A stretch of DNA of 64,000 bases from Candidatus Latescibacterota bacterium (GCA_965248265.1 CBDFJF010000002.1:384001-448000); one strand, 5' to 3'. Shown: positions 38,297 through 48,100, counted from the first letter of the stretch. Notes: generated by a model not told the origin, from the sequence alone. Translations and numbers: made by a program.

Positions 38297-39018
38297 TGGC
38301 TACACCTGTGAGGTTCCAGGCTGCAGTCGCTCGAATTCTCCGTCACAGTGACGACGATGTCACCTACGAATTTCGATACTTGGGGAACCGGCCACGATAC
38401 AGACCAGGCCAATTCCTGCACCTTGCCCTCGATCCCTACGATCCTTCAAAGCACTGGCCGGAGTCACGGGCATTCACGATCGCCAACGGAACCACAGATC
38501 GTGAGATCATCCGTCTGACGATCGCAGCCAAGGGTACCTTTACCCGGCGAATTATCGGCGAACTCCAGGTCGGCGATGAAGTCTGGATGAAGGCCCCATA
38601 CGGTACATTCATCGTCAAGACAGCGACAGAAACCGAAGCGGTTTTGATTGCCGGCGGAACCGGCGTGACACCCTTCGTGGCACTTATGGAAGACGCGCTC
38701 GTGGAAGGGCTTGAGGGTTCCGTAACTCTGCACTACGGCGCTCGCGTGCCCGAGCTTCTCGTCTTCAAAAAATTGGCCGATCGGTGCGTGAGTGAACTCC
38801 CCCTGTTTCGCGCATGCTACTACACCGAGTTCGGTTCCGCCGACGGTGTCACTGCGGGGCGCGTGGATTTGGATACTATCTGCTCCGGAGTAGCCGACAT
38901 CGCACGGTCTGTATTCTATCTCTGCGGTCCGGCGGAGATGGTAATGGCTTTCTCGGGGCGCCTTCAGGGCGATTTTGGCGTTTTACCCGAGTGCATACGG
39001 ATCGATGAGTGGGGCTAG
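38296..39018 (+). CDS. FAD/NAD(P)-binding oxidoreductase (FNR-like; possible E3 reductase without a 2Fe-2S domain)
   Basis: PGQF, RAFTIA, PYG, IAGGTGVTP, YLCGP. Confidence 0.8.
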   Translation: MATPVRFQAAVARILRHSDDDVTYEFRYLGNRPRYRPGQFLHLALDPYDPSKHWPESRAFTIANGTTDREIIRLTIAAKGTFTRRIIGELQVGDEVWMKAPYGTFIVKTATETEAVLIAGGTGVTPFVALMEDALVEGLEGSVTLHYGARVPELLVFKKLADRCVSELPLFRACYYTEFGSADGVTAGRVDLDTICSGVADIARSVFYLCGPAEMVMAFSGRLQGDFGVLPECIRIDEWG

Positions 39019-39088
39019 CCTATCCGCTGACACCGAGGCGGCTGGGGAATGTCGGTGAGGCCACTAGTGCTCTGTTAAGAAATCGAGC

Positions 39089-39117
39089 TTGTACTTTGTC
39101 GTAAGTCGTGGTATCAT
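39089..39117 (+). promoter_or_regulatory. IS630 transposase promoter
   Basis: TTGTAC-N17-TATCAT with an extended -10 TG. Confidence 0.55.
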
Positions 39118-39153
39118 GGATACATATGGTGAATCCTTCAGGAGGGTCATGCT

Positions 39154-40199
39154 ATGTGTCTCCATGCTCGTTCGCCGAACGCGGCGGAGTCTAAGGAACT
39201 GGGACGGTGGCTGAAACGGCCTCGCAACGCCGTGCAGATGCGCCGTGGGCAGTTGATCTCGTTCAGCGCCCAGGAGATCTCGGATACACTGCATCTGCAT
39301 GAGGAGTACGTTCGCCAGTTGATCCGCCAGTACAACGAAGGGGGATTGACGGTTTTGCGCACTCGGGCACGTCCGGGGCGTCCTTCGAAGTTGACGCCGG
39401 AGGACGAATCCGTGGTGGTGGAAATTGCCACGATGCCCCCCCGTGCATTCGGCCAGCCGTTCAACCAGTGGTCGTTGCGCAAGCTGACCGACTGCCTGGT
39501 GGGACGGCAGATGATTCCCGAGGTTTCGCATGTGACCATCGGAAAAATCCTGGATCAACATAAGGTTACCTATCAACGGACGCGCACCTGGAAAGAATCA
39601 AAGGACCCGGAGTTTGTCTCTAAAAAAAACGCATCAACCGACTCTACAAGCGGGCGCCGAAAGACACGGTCGTAGTCTGTTTCGACGAACTGGGACCAGT
39701 CCAGATCAAGCCGCATGCCGGTGCTTCCTGGGCCCCACACAAGCGCCCGGTCCGGCATCGGGCAACCTATAGCCGCCACGGCGGCGTCAGCTATTTCTTT
39801 GGAGCCTATAACGTCCATGAGGACATCCTGTGGATGCATCACAAACCCAAGAAACATGCGTCGGTCGTACTCGATTTCCTCAAGGCCATTCGGCTCCGCT
39901 ATCGCACGGCGGAGCGGATCTATGTCGTCATGGATAATCTGTCGACGCACAAGACACCGCCGATCCTGCGTTGGTGCCGACGAAACCGGGTCTCGCCGGT
40001 CTTCACCGCCACCAACGCGTCATGGATGAATCGGCTCGAATGTCACCTCACCGCAGCCCATTATTTCGTCATTAAAAACAGCGATCCCAACGATCATCGA
40101 GAAGTCGGCCAGCGCATGCAGGAGTACCTGAGGTGGCGAAACAAGAACACCGACAACGCCAAGCTGGCCAAAGTCCAAAACTCAATGCCCACTCTTTAA
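39154..40199 (+). CDS. IS630 transposase, joined by a -1 frameshift at the A8 run (39622-39629)
   Basis: OrfA HTH region (RPGRP, WSLRKL); after A8C the -1 frame reads KRINRLY...CFDE...VMDNLSTHK...SWMNRLE. Confidence 0.88.
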
Positions 40200-40206
40200 C
40201 AGAGCA

Positions 40207-40983
40207 CTAGCCGTAGGCACCCCTCGGCAGAAAGCCCAACAAACGTCGTCGACGCTCGTCGGCACCCTTGTAGACGTGCTCGGGCATCTGGTAATTCATG
40301 AAGGGATAGTACTTGTGGCCCACCAGCCGACGGGCGTAGCTGATCTGGGTGATGTAACGGGTTCGGTCACTGGTGTTCGGAGCGCCGCGGTGCCATACCT
40401 GGTTGTTGAACATGATGACACTGCCTGCCGGTCCGAGATTCGACACCACCTGATCTTCGTGACCGCTGTGTTCAATCGGATTGGGAGGTCCTGAGCCGAA
40501 CAGGTGGGACCGGGGCACCGTCTGGGTCGGGCCGTGGTCGACGGTATCGACATCGGTCAGATAGTAGTTGCAAGTGAACAGGAGTACAGGCAGGCGCACA
40601 TTGTCCGGCGGCTCCCCGTGGGTGATCTCGAAGTGCGGGGCATCGTCCTGGTGCCAGTTGCTGATGGCCGCCCCGGGCGGCGAGCGGAAGCTGTTGTTGT
40701 GGATTATATGACAATCGGGCGCCACCAGGCGCTCAGCAAAGGTGACGATTGGCTCGACGTCGAAGAGCCTGAGATTGGCGTCGCTGGTTTCGAACATGCG
40801 GTGGTGGATCTGGATTGTCGGCCTGATGTCACAATCGAGGGCGAGATCCAGGTCGTGGCTCAGCTCAGAGCACCAGCCGGGTGGCAGGACGTTGCGAAGA
40901 AAGAGGCAGCCGTCTCGATGGAATTGCTCGACCCAGCTGTCTATGAGCGCGTCGTCGGGGGGTTGGCCAGCGAGGTAGGTCAT
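40207..40983 (-). CDS. PhyH-family dioxygenase
   Basis: WHQDD, HGPTQTVPRSH, WHRGAPN. Confidence 0.9.
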   Translation of the reverse strand: MTYLAGQPPDDALIDSWVEQFHRDGCLFLRNVLPPGWCSELSHDLDLALDCDIRPTIQIHHRMFETSDANLRLFDVEPIVTFAERLVAPDCHIIHNNSFRSPPGAAISNWHQDDAPHFEITHGEPPDNVRLPVLLFTCNYYLTDVDTVDHGPTQTVPRSHLFGSGPPNPIEHSGHEDQVVSNLGPAGSVIMFNNQVWHRGAPNTSDRTRYITQISYARRLVGHKYYPFMNYQMPEHVYKGADERRRRLLGFLPRGAYG

Positions 40984-41999
40984 GGTGTCGGTGCGGTGTC
41001 GGGCAACAGCTGCTCGGACTTGAGCTCTGCCCAGAGTTCAGCCGGAATGCTCTGCTGCAAGAGCCGCGCGTTGTCCTCGACCTCGGAGACGTTCGAGGCT
41101 CCGGGAATGGTGGTGGAGACAGCCGGATGCGCCGAGACGAACTGCAGCGCCGCCGCCTTTAACTCGACCCCATGGCGGTCGCAGACCGCCTTGATGCTGC
41201 GGGCTTTGTCGACCATCTCGGAAGGAGCCGGCTGGTATTCAAAGCTCACCGGTTGATCGAGATCCCGCGCCAGGATACCGCTGTTGTAGGCCCCACCGAT
41301 CGACAATCTGACGCCGCGCTCTACGCATAATGGCATGAACTTGGGCAGGGCGGACTGGTCCAACAAGGTGTAACGACCTGCCAGCAGGATCAGGTCGAGG
41401 TCGAAGCGCTCAATCATGCGGGCGGTCACCTGCCACTGATTCATGCCCATGCCGATGGCTTTGACGACACCCTGTTCCCGCAGGTCGACGAGGGCTTCCA
41501 AACCCTCGGCAAACTGGTCGTCTGTATGCTGATCGGCGACGTCGCTGTCGTGCAGGTAGAGGATGTCGGCACGGTCCAGCTTGAGTCGTTCGAGGCTGGA
41601 TTCGAGGGTCTGGCGGATGCCGGTGGCGGTGAAGTCGAACTCGTATGTGTACTCAGGTATGCCGTCCATGTCATCAGCGGCCGGGTCTGGTTGGTTCGGA
41701 TCCGCGAGGACGAGGCGGCGTGACACCTTCGTCGACAGGCTGAAGCTGTCACGAGGCAGTTCGCTCAGAACGCGGCCGTAGCGCACCTCACTGCGACCCA
41801 GACCGTACAGGGGAGCAGTATCAAAATGACGGACGCCGAGCTCGTAGGCACGGCGGATGATGCGCAGGCCTTCCTCGGCGTCACTGCCCTGATAGATACC
41901 ATCGGCCAGCACCATGCCGCTCAAGCCGGCACCGCCAAGGCCCAAACGAGTGACGGTGGCGCCGGTACTGCCGATGACGACTGATTCGAATGGGTTCAC
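40980..41999 (-). CDS. Aldo/keto reductase (D-threo-aldose 1-dehydrogenase-like)
   Basis: GTG start 41999; FDTAPLYG, STKV, LYLHD, AGRYTLL, IPGA. Confidence 0.9.
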   Translation of the reverse strand: MNPFESVVIGSTGATVTRLGLGGAGLSGMVLADGIYQGSDAEEGLRIIRRAYELGVRHFDTAPLYGLGRSEVRYGRVLSELPRDSFSLSTKVSRRLVLADPNQPDPAADDMDGIPEYTYEFDFTATGIRQTLESSLERLKLDRADILYLHDSDVADQHTDDQFAEGLEALVDLREQGVVKAIGMGMNQWQVTARMIERFDLDLILLAGRYTLLDQSALPKFMPLCVERGVRLSIGGAYNSGILARDLDQPVSFEYQPAPSEMVDKARSIKAVCDRHGVELKAAALQFVSAHPAVSTTIPGASNVSEVEDNARLLQQSIPAELWAELKSEQLLPDTAPTP

Positions 42000-42219
42000 G
42001 TCGTCTTTCCGGTCTAGAAAAGGATGGGGCTCCTCACCACGTTGAAACTCGAAACAGATCATCCTGCGCACAACTTGGCGACGGCAGTGTGTCGCATCGT
42101 GTACCGTTGATGCCGCCGTCCATTCCCGATCCCGATGTGGTGCTGTCGGGGACAGGGGATCTTGTGCATCTTGAGGAGAATGTGGATGCAGTTCTGCCGG
42201 ATTTTCTCGGGAGGTGTAC

Positions 42220-43044
42220 ATGCCAATGATTGGAGCTGACGAACGGGAAATCTATGAACAGCAGGGGGTTCTGCGAGGGTTCAAGGTTTTTGAGGCAGAC
42301 ACGGTGGCGCGGTTTAATCGGGAGTATGAGCGGTTGGTGGGGCTTTTGCCGGAAGGGAAGACGGTGGGGGAGATTTTGAACTGGCATCATTATGATCGGT
42401 TTTTGTATGAACTGGTTTCGGAGGCGCGGATTCTGGACTATGTGGAAGATTTGCTGGGGCCGGATTTTTATGTGTGGGGGAGTCAGTTTTTTAGCAAGGC
42501 GCCGCATGATGAGACCCCGGTGCACTGGCACCAAGATGCGTTTTATTGGCCGTTGACGCCGCGGGAGACGGTGACGGTTTGGATTGCGTTTGGCGATTCG
42601 AGTGTGGGAAATGGGTGTATGCAGGTAGTGCCAGGGAGCCATCGGGCGGGGATGCTGAAGCATCGGGAGGCGTCGGGGCAGTCTACGGGGTTGTGGATTG
42701 AGTTGGAGGGCGGGCAATTTTTGGAGTCGGACGCGATGAATGTGGAATTGAAGGCGGGCGAGATTTCACTGCATGACGATCATATGGTGCATGGGTCCGG
42801 GGGGAATTTCTCTGACAGGGCGCGGGTGGGGCTGGCGGTTCGATATTCGCCCACGTATGTGAAGTGCGACACGACGATCTGGCCGAAGTTTGTGAGCCAC
42901 CTGGTGCGGGGGGAGGATCGATACGGGCACAATCCAAAGGGGGAGCCGCCTGTTGCGGCACTGGATCACTATGTGCAGGTGATTCCGCTGACGGCGCCTG
43001 ACGTGCGGCATAAGTTGCTTGAGATGCGGGAAGCGGGGCTGTAG
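42220..43044 (+). CDS. PhyH-family dioxygenase with atypical G/T-rich codon usage
   Basis: WHQDAFYW, NGCMQVVPGSH, HGSGGN. Confidence 0.9.
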   Translation: MPMIGADEREIYEQQGVLRGFKVFEADTVARFNREYERLVGLLPEGKTVGEILNWHHYDRFLYELVSEARILDYVEDLLGPDFYVWGSQFFSKAPHDETPVHWHQDAFYWPLTPRETVTVWIAFGDSSVGNGCMQVVPGSHRAGMLKHREASGQSTGLWIELEGGQFLESDAMNVELKAGEISLHDDHMVHGSGGNFSDRARVGLAVRYSPTYVKCDTTIWPKFVSHLVRGEDRYGHNPKGEPPVAALDHYVQVIPLTAPDVRHKLLEMREAGL

Positions 43045-43167
43045 CCCTTGTGGTGAACATGAAACTGTAGTGCGTCCAAGCGACTGCATGGACTCATCCC
43101 GTTTCTTTACCATTAGCTCAACCCTACCGTAGGCGTTCGGTCACCTGACACACACGAGCGAGGAGAC

Positions 43168-43584
43168 ATGGGGGTCATCAGAGCCGAGGCGCGGCCGACC
43201 AAGGTGGGGGCGACAGAGCGTTTCACCGGGCAAGTCTGGCAGGACGAGCTCGTCGTCGGCACCACTCCATCTCGTTTACGTGCCTCTATCGTTTCGTTCA
43301 GCCCCGGTGCTCGCACCGCCTGGCATTCGCATCCCGTCGGGCAGACTCTCTACGTCGTATCAGGAATCGGGCGACTCCAGCTGGAGGGTGAGGGCGTGCA
43401 GGAGCTCAGACCTGGAGACACCGGGATCATTCCTTCCGATACCCGGCACTGGCACGGTGCCGGGCCGGATCGCTTCTTCGTCCATCTGGCGATGACGGAG
43501 GTCGATGACACGGGGGGCGTGACTGATTGGTTCGAGCATGTGACCGACGAGGTCTACGTTACCGCGCCAGACCCCGTTGCCTGA
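43168..43584 (+). CDS. Cupin-domain protein
   Basis: PGARTAWHSHPVGQTL, HWHGA. Confidence 0.9.
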   Translation: MGVIRAEARPTKVGATERFTGQVWQDELVVGTTPSRLRASIVSFSPGARTAWHSHPVGQTLYVVSGIGRLQLEGEGVQELRPGDTGIIPSDTRHWHGAGPDRFFVHLAMTEVDDTGGVTDWFEHVTDEVYVTAPDPVA

Positions 43585-44134
43585 GTGCGTTCGATGACCG
43601 TTCTCGTCATCGGCGGTGCCGGATTTATCGGACGGCGCCTGGTTGCCCTCCTGGTCGCGCGTGGCGAGCGGGTGGTGTTCATGGACATAAATCCGGCTCA
43701 GGCATCGTTTGAGCAGTTCGGTGAGGCCGTAGAAGTGGTGCACGGTGACGTCACCCAGTTCGATGACGTAGTCGGCACCATGACGATGGCGAAGCCCGAC
43801 CGTGTCCTCACCCTACCACATCAGCAGCGATCTGCCCCCGCATCAGGCCCTCAAGCTCAATGTGATGGGCATGGGCAACTGCTTCGAAGCGGCGCGGTTA
43901 TGTGAGGTGCCTCATACGGTCTATGCCAGCTCGGTCGCCGTCAACGGGTTGCAATCGCACTATGGGGACCGGCTGGTCCACGAAGACGGGCGCGAGCTAT
44001 GCGACAACTACCTCATCGACAATGCCCGACTGGTCGAGGAGTTCGGTGTGGAATTCCCACCATTCGAGGACCGGGTGCGGCAGACGATCAACGACGTGCG
44101 TCGAGCACACGACCTGCCAGCGATCGACTGTTAG
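43585..44134 (+). pseudogene. Degraded NAD-dependent epimerase/dehydratase
   Basis: GGAGFIG N-terminus; frameshift near 43810; second frame has YASS; the catalytic YxxxK region is missing (internal deletion). Confidence 0.75.
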
Positions 44135-44145
44135 GCAGATCATCC

Positions 44146-45458
44146 GGTACAAACCGGGTAGATTGGTAACACATCTGACCGGGTTGATGGGTGACACTCC
44201 TTCTACTTTTTGACCAACCCAATTGGGAGGTTGGTCGATGCCCTGGATGGAGACAGCACCCATGGAACAACGTAAGCGATTTATCGCCGACGATCAGCGC
44301 GGGCACTACTCGAGAGCGGAGCTGTGCGAGCGATACGGGATCAGCCGCAAAACCGGATACAAGTGGCTTCAGCGGCACGCCGAAGAGGGGGTGCCCGGGT
44401 TACAGGACCGCAGTCACGCGCCCCACACCTGTCCGCATCGCATGGCGCCAGAGATTGCCGAGCTCATTCTCGGAGCGCGCACACGGCACCCCGATTGGGG
44501 ACCGAACAAACTGTTGGACTGGCTGGCGCCTCGACATCCGCACATCTGCTCCTGGCCGGCGGTCAGTACGGCAGGCGATCTGCTGGTGCGCGAAGGCCTG
44601 GTGAAGAAGCGACGACGACGACGCCCACGTCAGCACCCCGGAGCCGTGCCGCCGACCACCGACAACCCCAACGATCTGTGGACGGCCGACTTCAAAGGCC
44701 AATTTCCTACCAAGAACGGAGTTTGGTGTTTCCCTCTCACCATCAGCGATCAGCACACTCGCTATCTCCTGACCTGCCGCGCCCTGCCCGACATCAAGAC
44801 CTTGCATGCGCGTCCGGTCTTCGAGAGAGCCTTCCGCGAATTCGGCCTGCCTCAGGCCATTCGCACCGACAACGGCGTTCCCTTTGCTTCCAGAGGATTG
44901 CATGGGCTATGCCGACTCAACGTTTGGTGGATGAGGCTCGGCATCGTGCACCAGCGGATCCGCCCGGCATCGCCGCAGGAAAATGGCGCCCACGAACGCA
45001 TGCATCGCACCTTGAAGGCCGCTACCTGTCGGCCACCCGCCGCCAACAAGGCCGCCCAGCAGCGATCCTTCCAGCGCTTCCGACAGCTCTACAACGACGA
45101 GCGTCCCCATGACGCCCTCAACGGCAAGACTCCTGGCTCCCGGTACCACCCATCACCCCGGCCCTATCCCGGCCGCATGCCGACCATTGAGTACCCCGGT
45201 CACTTCGTCATCAAGCACGTCACCCGAGCCGGGACCATACGCCTCGGCCACAAGCTCATCTTCATCGCTCAGTCTCTCAAGCATCTCGACATCGGTCTCG
45301 AGGAGATCGACGACGGCGTCTGGGCCATCTACTTCAACACCGTCCTCCTAGCCACCGTCGACGAGAGGGACATGATCGTACGGGAGTGAATTCAATCAAA
45401 ACAATAGTGTCACCCATCAACCCGGTTTAGACTGTTACCTATCAGCCCGGTTGCTGCA
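44146..45458 (+). mobile_element. IS481-family insertion sequence (ends approximate)
   Basis: Perfect 21-bp subterminal IR ACCGGGTTGATGGGTGACACT (44178-44198 / 45406-45426) plus a second imperfect copy at each end; transposase inside. Confidence 0.88.
44238..45389 (+). CDS. IS481-family transposase
   Basis: MPWME, GISRKTGYKW, WTADFKG, RTDNG, PQENGAHERMHRTLK, YNDERPH. Confidence 0.95.
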   Translation: MPWMETAPMEQRKRFIADDQRGHYSRAELCERYGISRKTGYKWLQRHAEEGVPGLQDRSHAPHTCPHRMAPEIAELILGARTRHPDWGPNKLLDWLAPRHPHICSWPAVSTAGDLLVREGLVKKRRRRRPRQHPGAVPPTTDNPNDLWTADFKGQFPTKNGVWCFPLTISDQHTRYLLTCRALPDIKTLHARPVFERAFREFGLPQAIRTDNGVPFASRGLHGLCRLNVWWMRLGIVHQRIRPASPQENGAHERMHRTLKAATCRPPAANKAAQQRSFQRFRQLYNDERPHDALNGKTPGSRYHPSPRPYPGRMPTIEYPGHFVIKHVTRAGTIRLGHKLIFIAQSLKHLDIGLEEIDDGVWAIYFNTVLLATVDERDMIVRE

Positions 45459-45472
45459 TCCCGGTTGCTGCA
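45446..45472 (+). repeat. Tandem duplication CCCGGTTGCTGCA at the IS481 right end
   Basis: Identical 13-mers at 45446-45458 and 45460-45472. Confidence 0.8.
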
Positions 45473-45606
45473 ATCCTGCAGACGGTGCCGAGCGAGCGGC
45501 GAGTGACCCTCAAAGCCCATTGACAGAGTACCGATAACGCCGTTTATAACCACCACCACCGCCAATACTCGCGTCTCCGACCGCAGGTACCTACCAAGGG
45601 GAATGA

Positions 45607-46596
45607 ATGGAATTGAAAATGCGTCCGGGCTTAGGCCAGTTTTCGGAGCTCACCGACGACATGTTGCGTTTCATCAAGCAGCTCGGTGCCGACGATTTCC
45701 TCATGAACAGGGCCAAGCTGCCCGGCGACCACGAGTGGTCGTATGAGGATCTCAAAGCACTCAAGGACAGAGCCGATGCCGCCGATCTGCGGCTGATGGC
45801 GCTCGAGAACGTGCCCATCGACTTCAACATAGACATCATGGTCGCCGGTCCAGCCAGAGACCAGCAGATCGGCCACATGGCCAACATAGTCCGCAACATG
45901 GGTAAGGCCGGCATTCCCATCCTCGGTTATCACTGGATGCCCAACCACGTCTGGCGCACCGAGCCCATGGCCGAGCTGCGGGGCGGTGCGCGGGCGACGC
46001 GCTTCGACATGGCCGAGCATGATCCCGTCGAGCTCACCCACGGCCGCGTCTATACCAAAGAGGAAATGCTTGAGAACTTCGACTATTACCTCGAACGCAT
46101 TCTCCCGGTAGCGGAGGAAGCCGGCGTAACCCTGGCGCTGCATCCCGACGACCCCCCGGTGGACTCGCTGGGCGGTATCGGACGCATCTTCGGATCGTTC
46201 GAGGAGTTCAAACGGGGTATCGACAAATTCGACAGTCCCAACCATCAGCTCGATTTCTGCATGGGCTGCTGGTCGGAGATGAGCGCTGAGGGCGCCATCC
46301 CCGCCATCAGTCATTTTGCCGAGCGCGATCGCATCGCCTACGTCCACTTTCGCTTTGTTCAGGGGGAAGTGCCCTGTTTCAATGAGTGCTTCATCGACGA
46401 GGGCAGCGTCGACCCATTCGAAGCCGTCAGGGCGTTGAAGGAAGCCGGTTTCACCGGGTTCTTGATCACGGACCATGTCCCCAAACTGGAAGGCGACACC
46501 ACCTGGGGCCATCGCGGACGGGCATACGCGCTGGGGTACATCAAGTGTCTGATTCAGTGGGCGGAGAGGTTAAATGGAGGGCGACACAATGCTTGA
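45607..46596 (+). CDS. uxuA: Mannonate dehydratase family
   Basis: YHWMP, LALHPDDPP, CMGC, HFR, DHVP, YALGYIK. Confidence 0.85.
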   Translation: MELKMRPGLGQFSELTDDMLRFIKQLGADDFLMNRAKLPGDHEWSYEDLKALKDRADAADLRLMALENVPIDFNIDIMVAGPARDQQIGHMANIVRNMGKAGIPILGYHWMPNHVWRTEPMAELRGGARATRFDMAEHDPVELTHGRVYTKEEMLENFDYYLERILPVAEEAGVTLALHPDDPPVDSLGGIGRIFGSFEEFKRGIDKFDSPNHQLDFCMGCWSEMSAEGAIPAISHFAERDRIAYVHFRFVQGEVPCFNECFIDEGSVDPFEAVRALKEAGFTGFLITDHVPKLEGDTTWGHRGRAYALGYIKCLIQWAERLNGGRHNA

Positions 46597-47473
46597 AATG
46601 AGCGAACGTGAGAAGTTTCTGTTCGATCTGCAGGGATTCCTGCACGTGGGCGACTTTCTCACCGCCGACGAGGTCGGCGCCCTGAATGAAGCCGTGGATG
46701 CCAATGTCGTCCCCATGGAGGAGTACGACTATCCGGGACCCAATCAGTATGCCGGCGGCATGGACGGCAAATTCGGCGTCCGCTCCGAACACGGCATGCT
46801 GGCCTGGGAAAAGCCCTGGTGTCTGCCGTTTCGCGAGCTCATCGCCCATCCCAAGCTCATCCCGTACACGAACTCGATCTTCGGCCGCGGTTGGCGCCTG
46901 GATTCGGAGCCCGCCATCATTATGGCCCGCAAGGGTACGGGCGGACACGGTCTGCACGGCCATACCAGCCGGCGATGCGACGCGTCGCAGGGGTACGCCT
47001 TCGCCAACGGCGAGTTCCGCGGCGGCATGACGGTGTTTCAGTATGTGCTGCGCGACATGGGCGAAGGATCTGGTGGTTTCGCCTGCATTCCGGGCAGCCA
47101 CAAGGCCAACTTCAAGTGCCCGGAGGATATCATGCTCCACAACTGCGACCGCGAGGCCGTGCGCAGCGTGGCCGCCAAGGCAGGAGACCTGATCATCTTT
47201 CTGGAGGCCACCATTCACGGGTCGCTGCCCTGGCAGGCGGACTACGAGCGCCGGGTGCTCCTGTACCGCTACAGCCCCAAGTTCAGCAGCTTTCACAACT
47301 TGTGGGAAGTGAAGATGCCGGAGTGGGTCGACGAGCTCACCGATGTCCAGCGAGCGGTACTGGAGCCGCCGTACAATTCCCGGCGGCCATTGATAGAAGA
47401 CGACGGGACCACGCTGGTTCAGCCCTCGCAGGAGCCCAAGCCGTACATACCCCGCAAGCGTCACGAGATGTAG
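46589..47473 (+). CDS. PhyH-like dioxygenase (non-canonical LHG motif)
   Basis: FDLQGFL, GGFACIPGSH, IHGSLPW; LHGH in place of HxD. Confidence 0.8.
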   Translation: MLEMSEREKFLFDLQGFLHVGDFLTADEVGALNEAVDANVVPMEEYDYPGPNQYAGGMDGKFGVRSEHGMLAWEKPWCLPFRELIAHPKLIPYTNSIFGRGWRLDSEPAIIMARKGTGGHGLHGHTSRRCDASQGYAFANGEFRGGMTVFQYVLRDMGEGSGGFACIPGSHKANFKCPEDIMLHNCDREAVRSVAAKAGDLIIFLEATIHGSLPWQADYERRVLLYRYSPKFSSFHNLWEVKMPEWVDELTDVQRAVLEPPYNSRRPLIEDDGTTLVQPSQEPKPYIPRKRHEM

Positions 47474-47500
47474 CAGCAAGCAAACCAAAGGAGAAACGTC

Positions 47501-48100
47501 ATGGGAGCTGATCCGAACAAAGTCCGCGTCAGCGGCGAAAACTCATTCTTGCGCCTGGGCGAGTCGGAGGACGGCGATCCGACGGTGGAGATGAGCCACT
47601 GGCGGGTGGTGGCATCCCCCAAGGGAGTCGGACACATCCTCTTTGCCAAGAGCGTCCTGTCGAAGGGCGAGCCGCGGATCTATTCAGACAACTTCGCTCT
47701 GGCACGTTGGCTCCAGGAAGGCGTCCAGGCTTCCATGCGCGACACCTATTCCGGCGACATCCCCATCATCGATGCCGAATTCTCGAAAAGCGGTGATATG
47801 TTGACCTGTTGGGTCGAACGCGTCGCCTCGCGGGATGAGGAGATCGTCCTGGTCTGGTCAGACTTCATGGCACCAGTCCAGGTCGCCAATCAGCCGTTCG
47901 ACAATCCCGAGCAGCCCCACGGCGTCTACAGCCTGTTGATTCCCGCCCGGCGGGCACAACTGACCATCAATGGCAACACCGCTCCGGGGCGCGTCCTGTC
48001 CAGAGACCTGTTCGGCAGGGAGGGCACCAGCTGCTGTCTGGCCCTTTCCGAGACCTGGACGATTCCGCCCGATCACGAATGGGCGCAGGATGCGCTATAG
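47501..48100 (+). CDS. Conserved hypothetical protein
   Basis: AAGGAG RBS; lies within the operon; GENSF, SHWRV, LSETW. Confidence 0.7.
   Translation: MGADPNKVRVSGENSFLRLGESEDGDPTVEMSHWRVVASPKGVGHILFAKSVLSKGEPRIYSDNFALARWLQEGVQASMRDTYSGDIPIIDAEFSKSGDMLTCWVERVASRDEEIVLVWSDFMAPVQVANQPFDNPEQPHGVYSLLIPARRAQLTINGNTAPGRVLSRDLFGREGTSCCLALSETWTIPPDHEWAQDAL

Larger units (their letters stand above)
39067..40207 (+). mobile_element. IS630-family insertion sequence (1141 bp) with TA duplication
   Basis: Terminal IRs GTGCTCTGTTAA / TTAACAGAGCAC, flanked by TA at 39065-66 and 40208-09; frameshifted DDE transposase inside. Confidence 0.92.

Noticed and set aside
39067-45458. Composite transposon bounded by the two IS elements
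   Set aside because: The elements belong to different families, and IS630 has its own TA duplication, indicating independent insertions.
45520-45550. TTGACA-led promoter upstream of uxuA
   Set aside because: The best -10 (TATAAC) is 19 bp away; plausible but not well enough supported to list.
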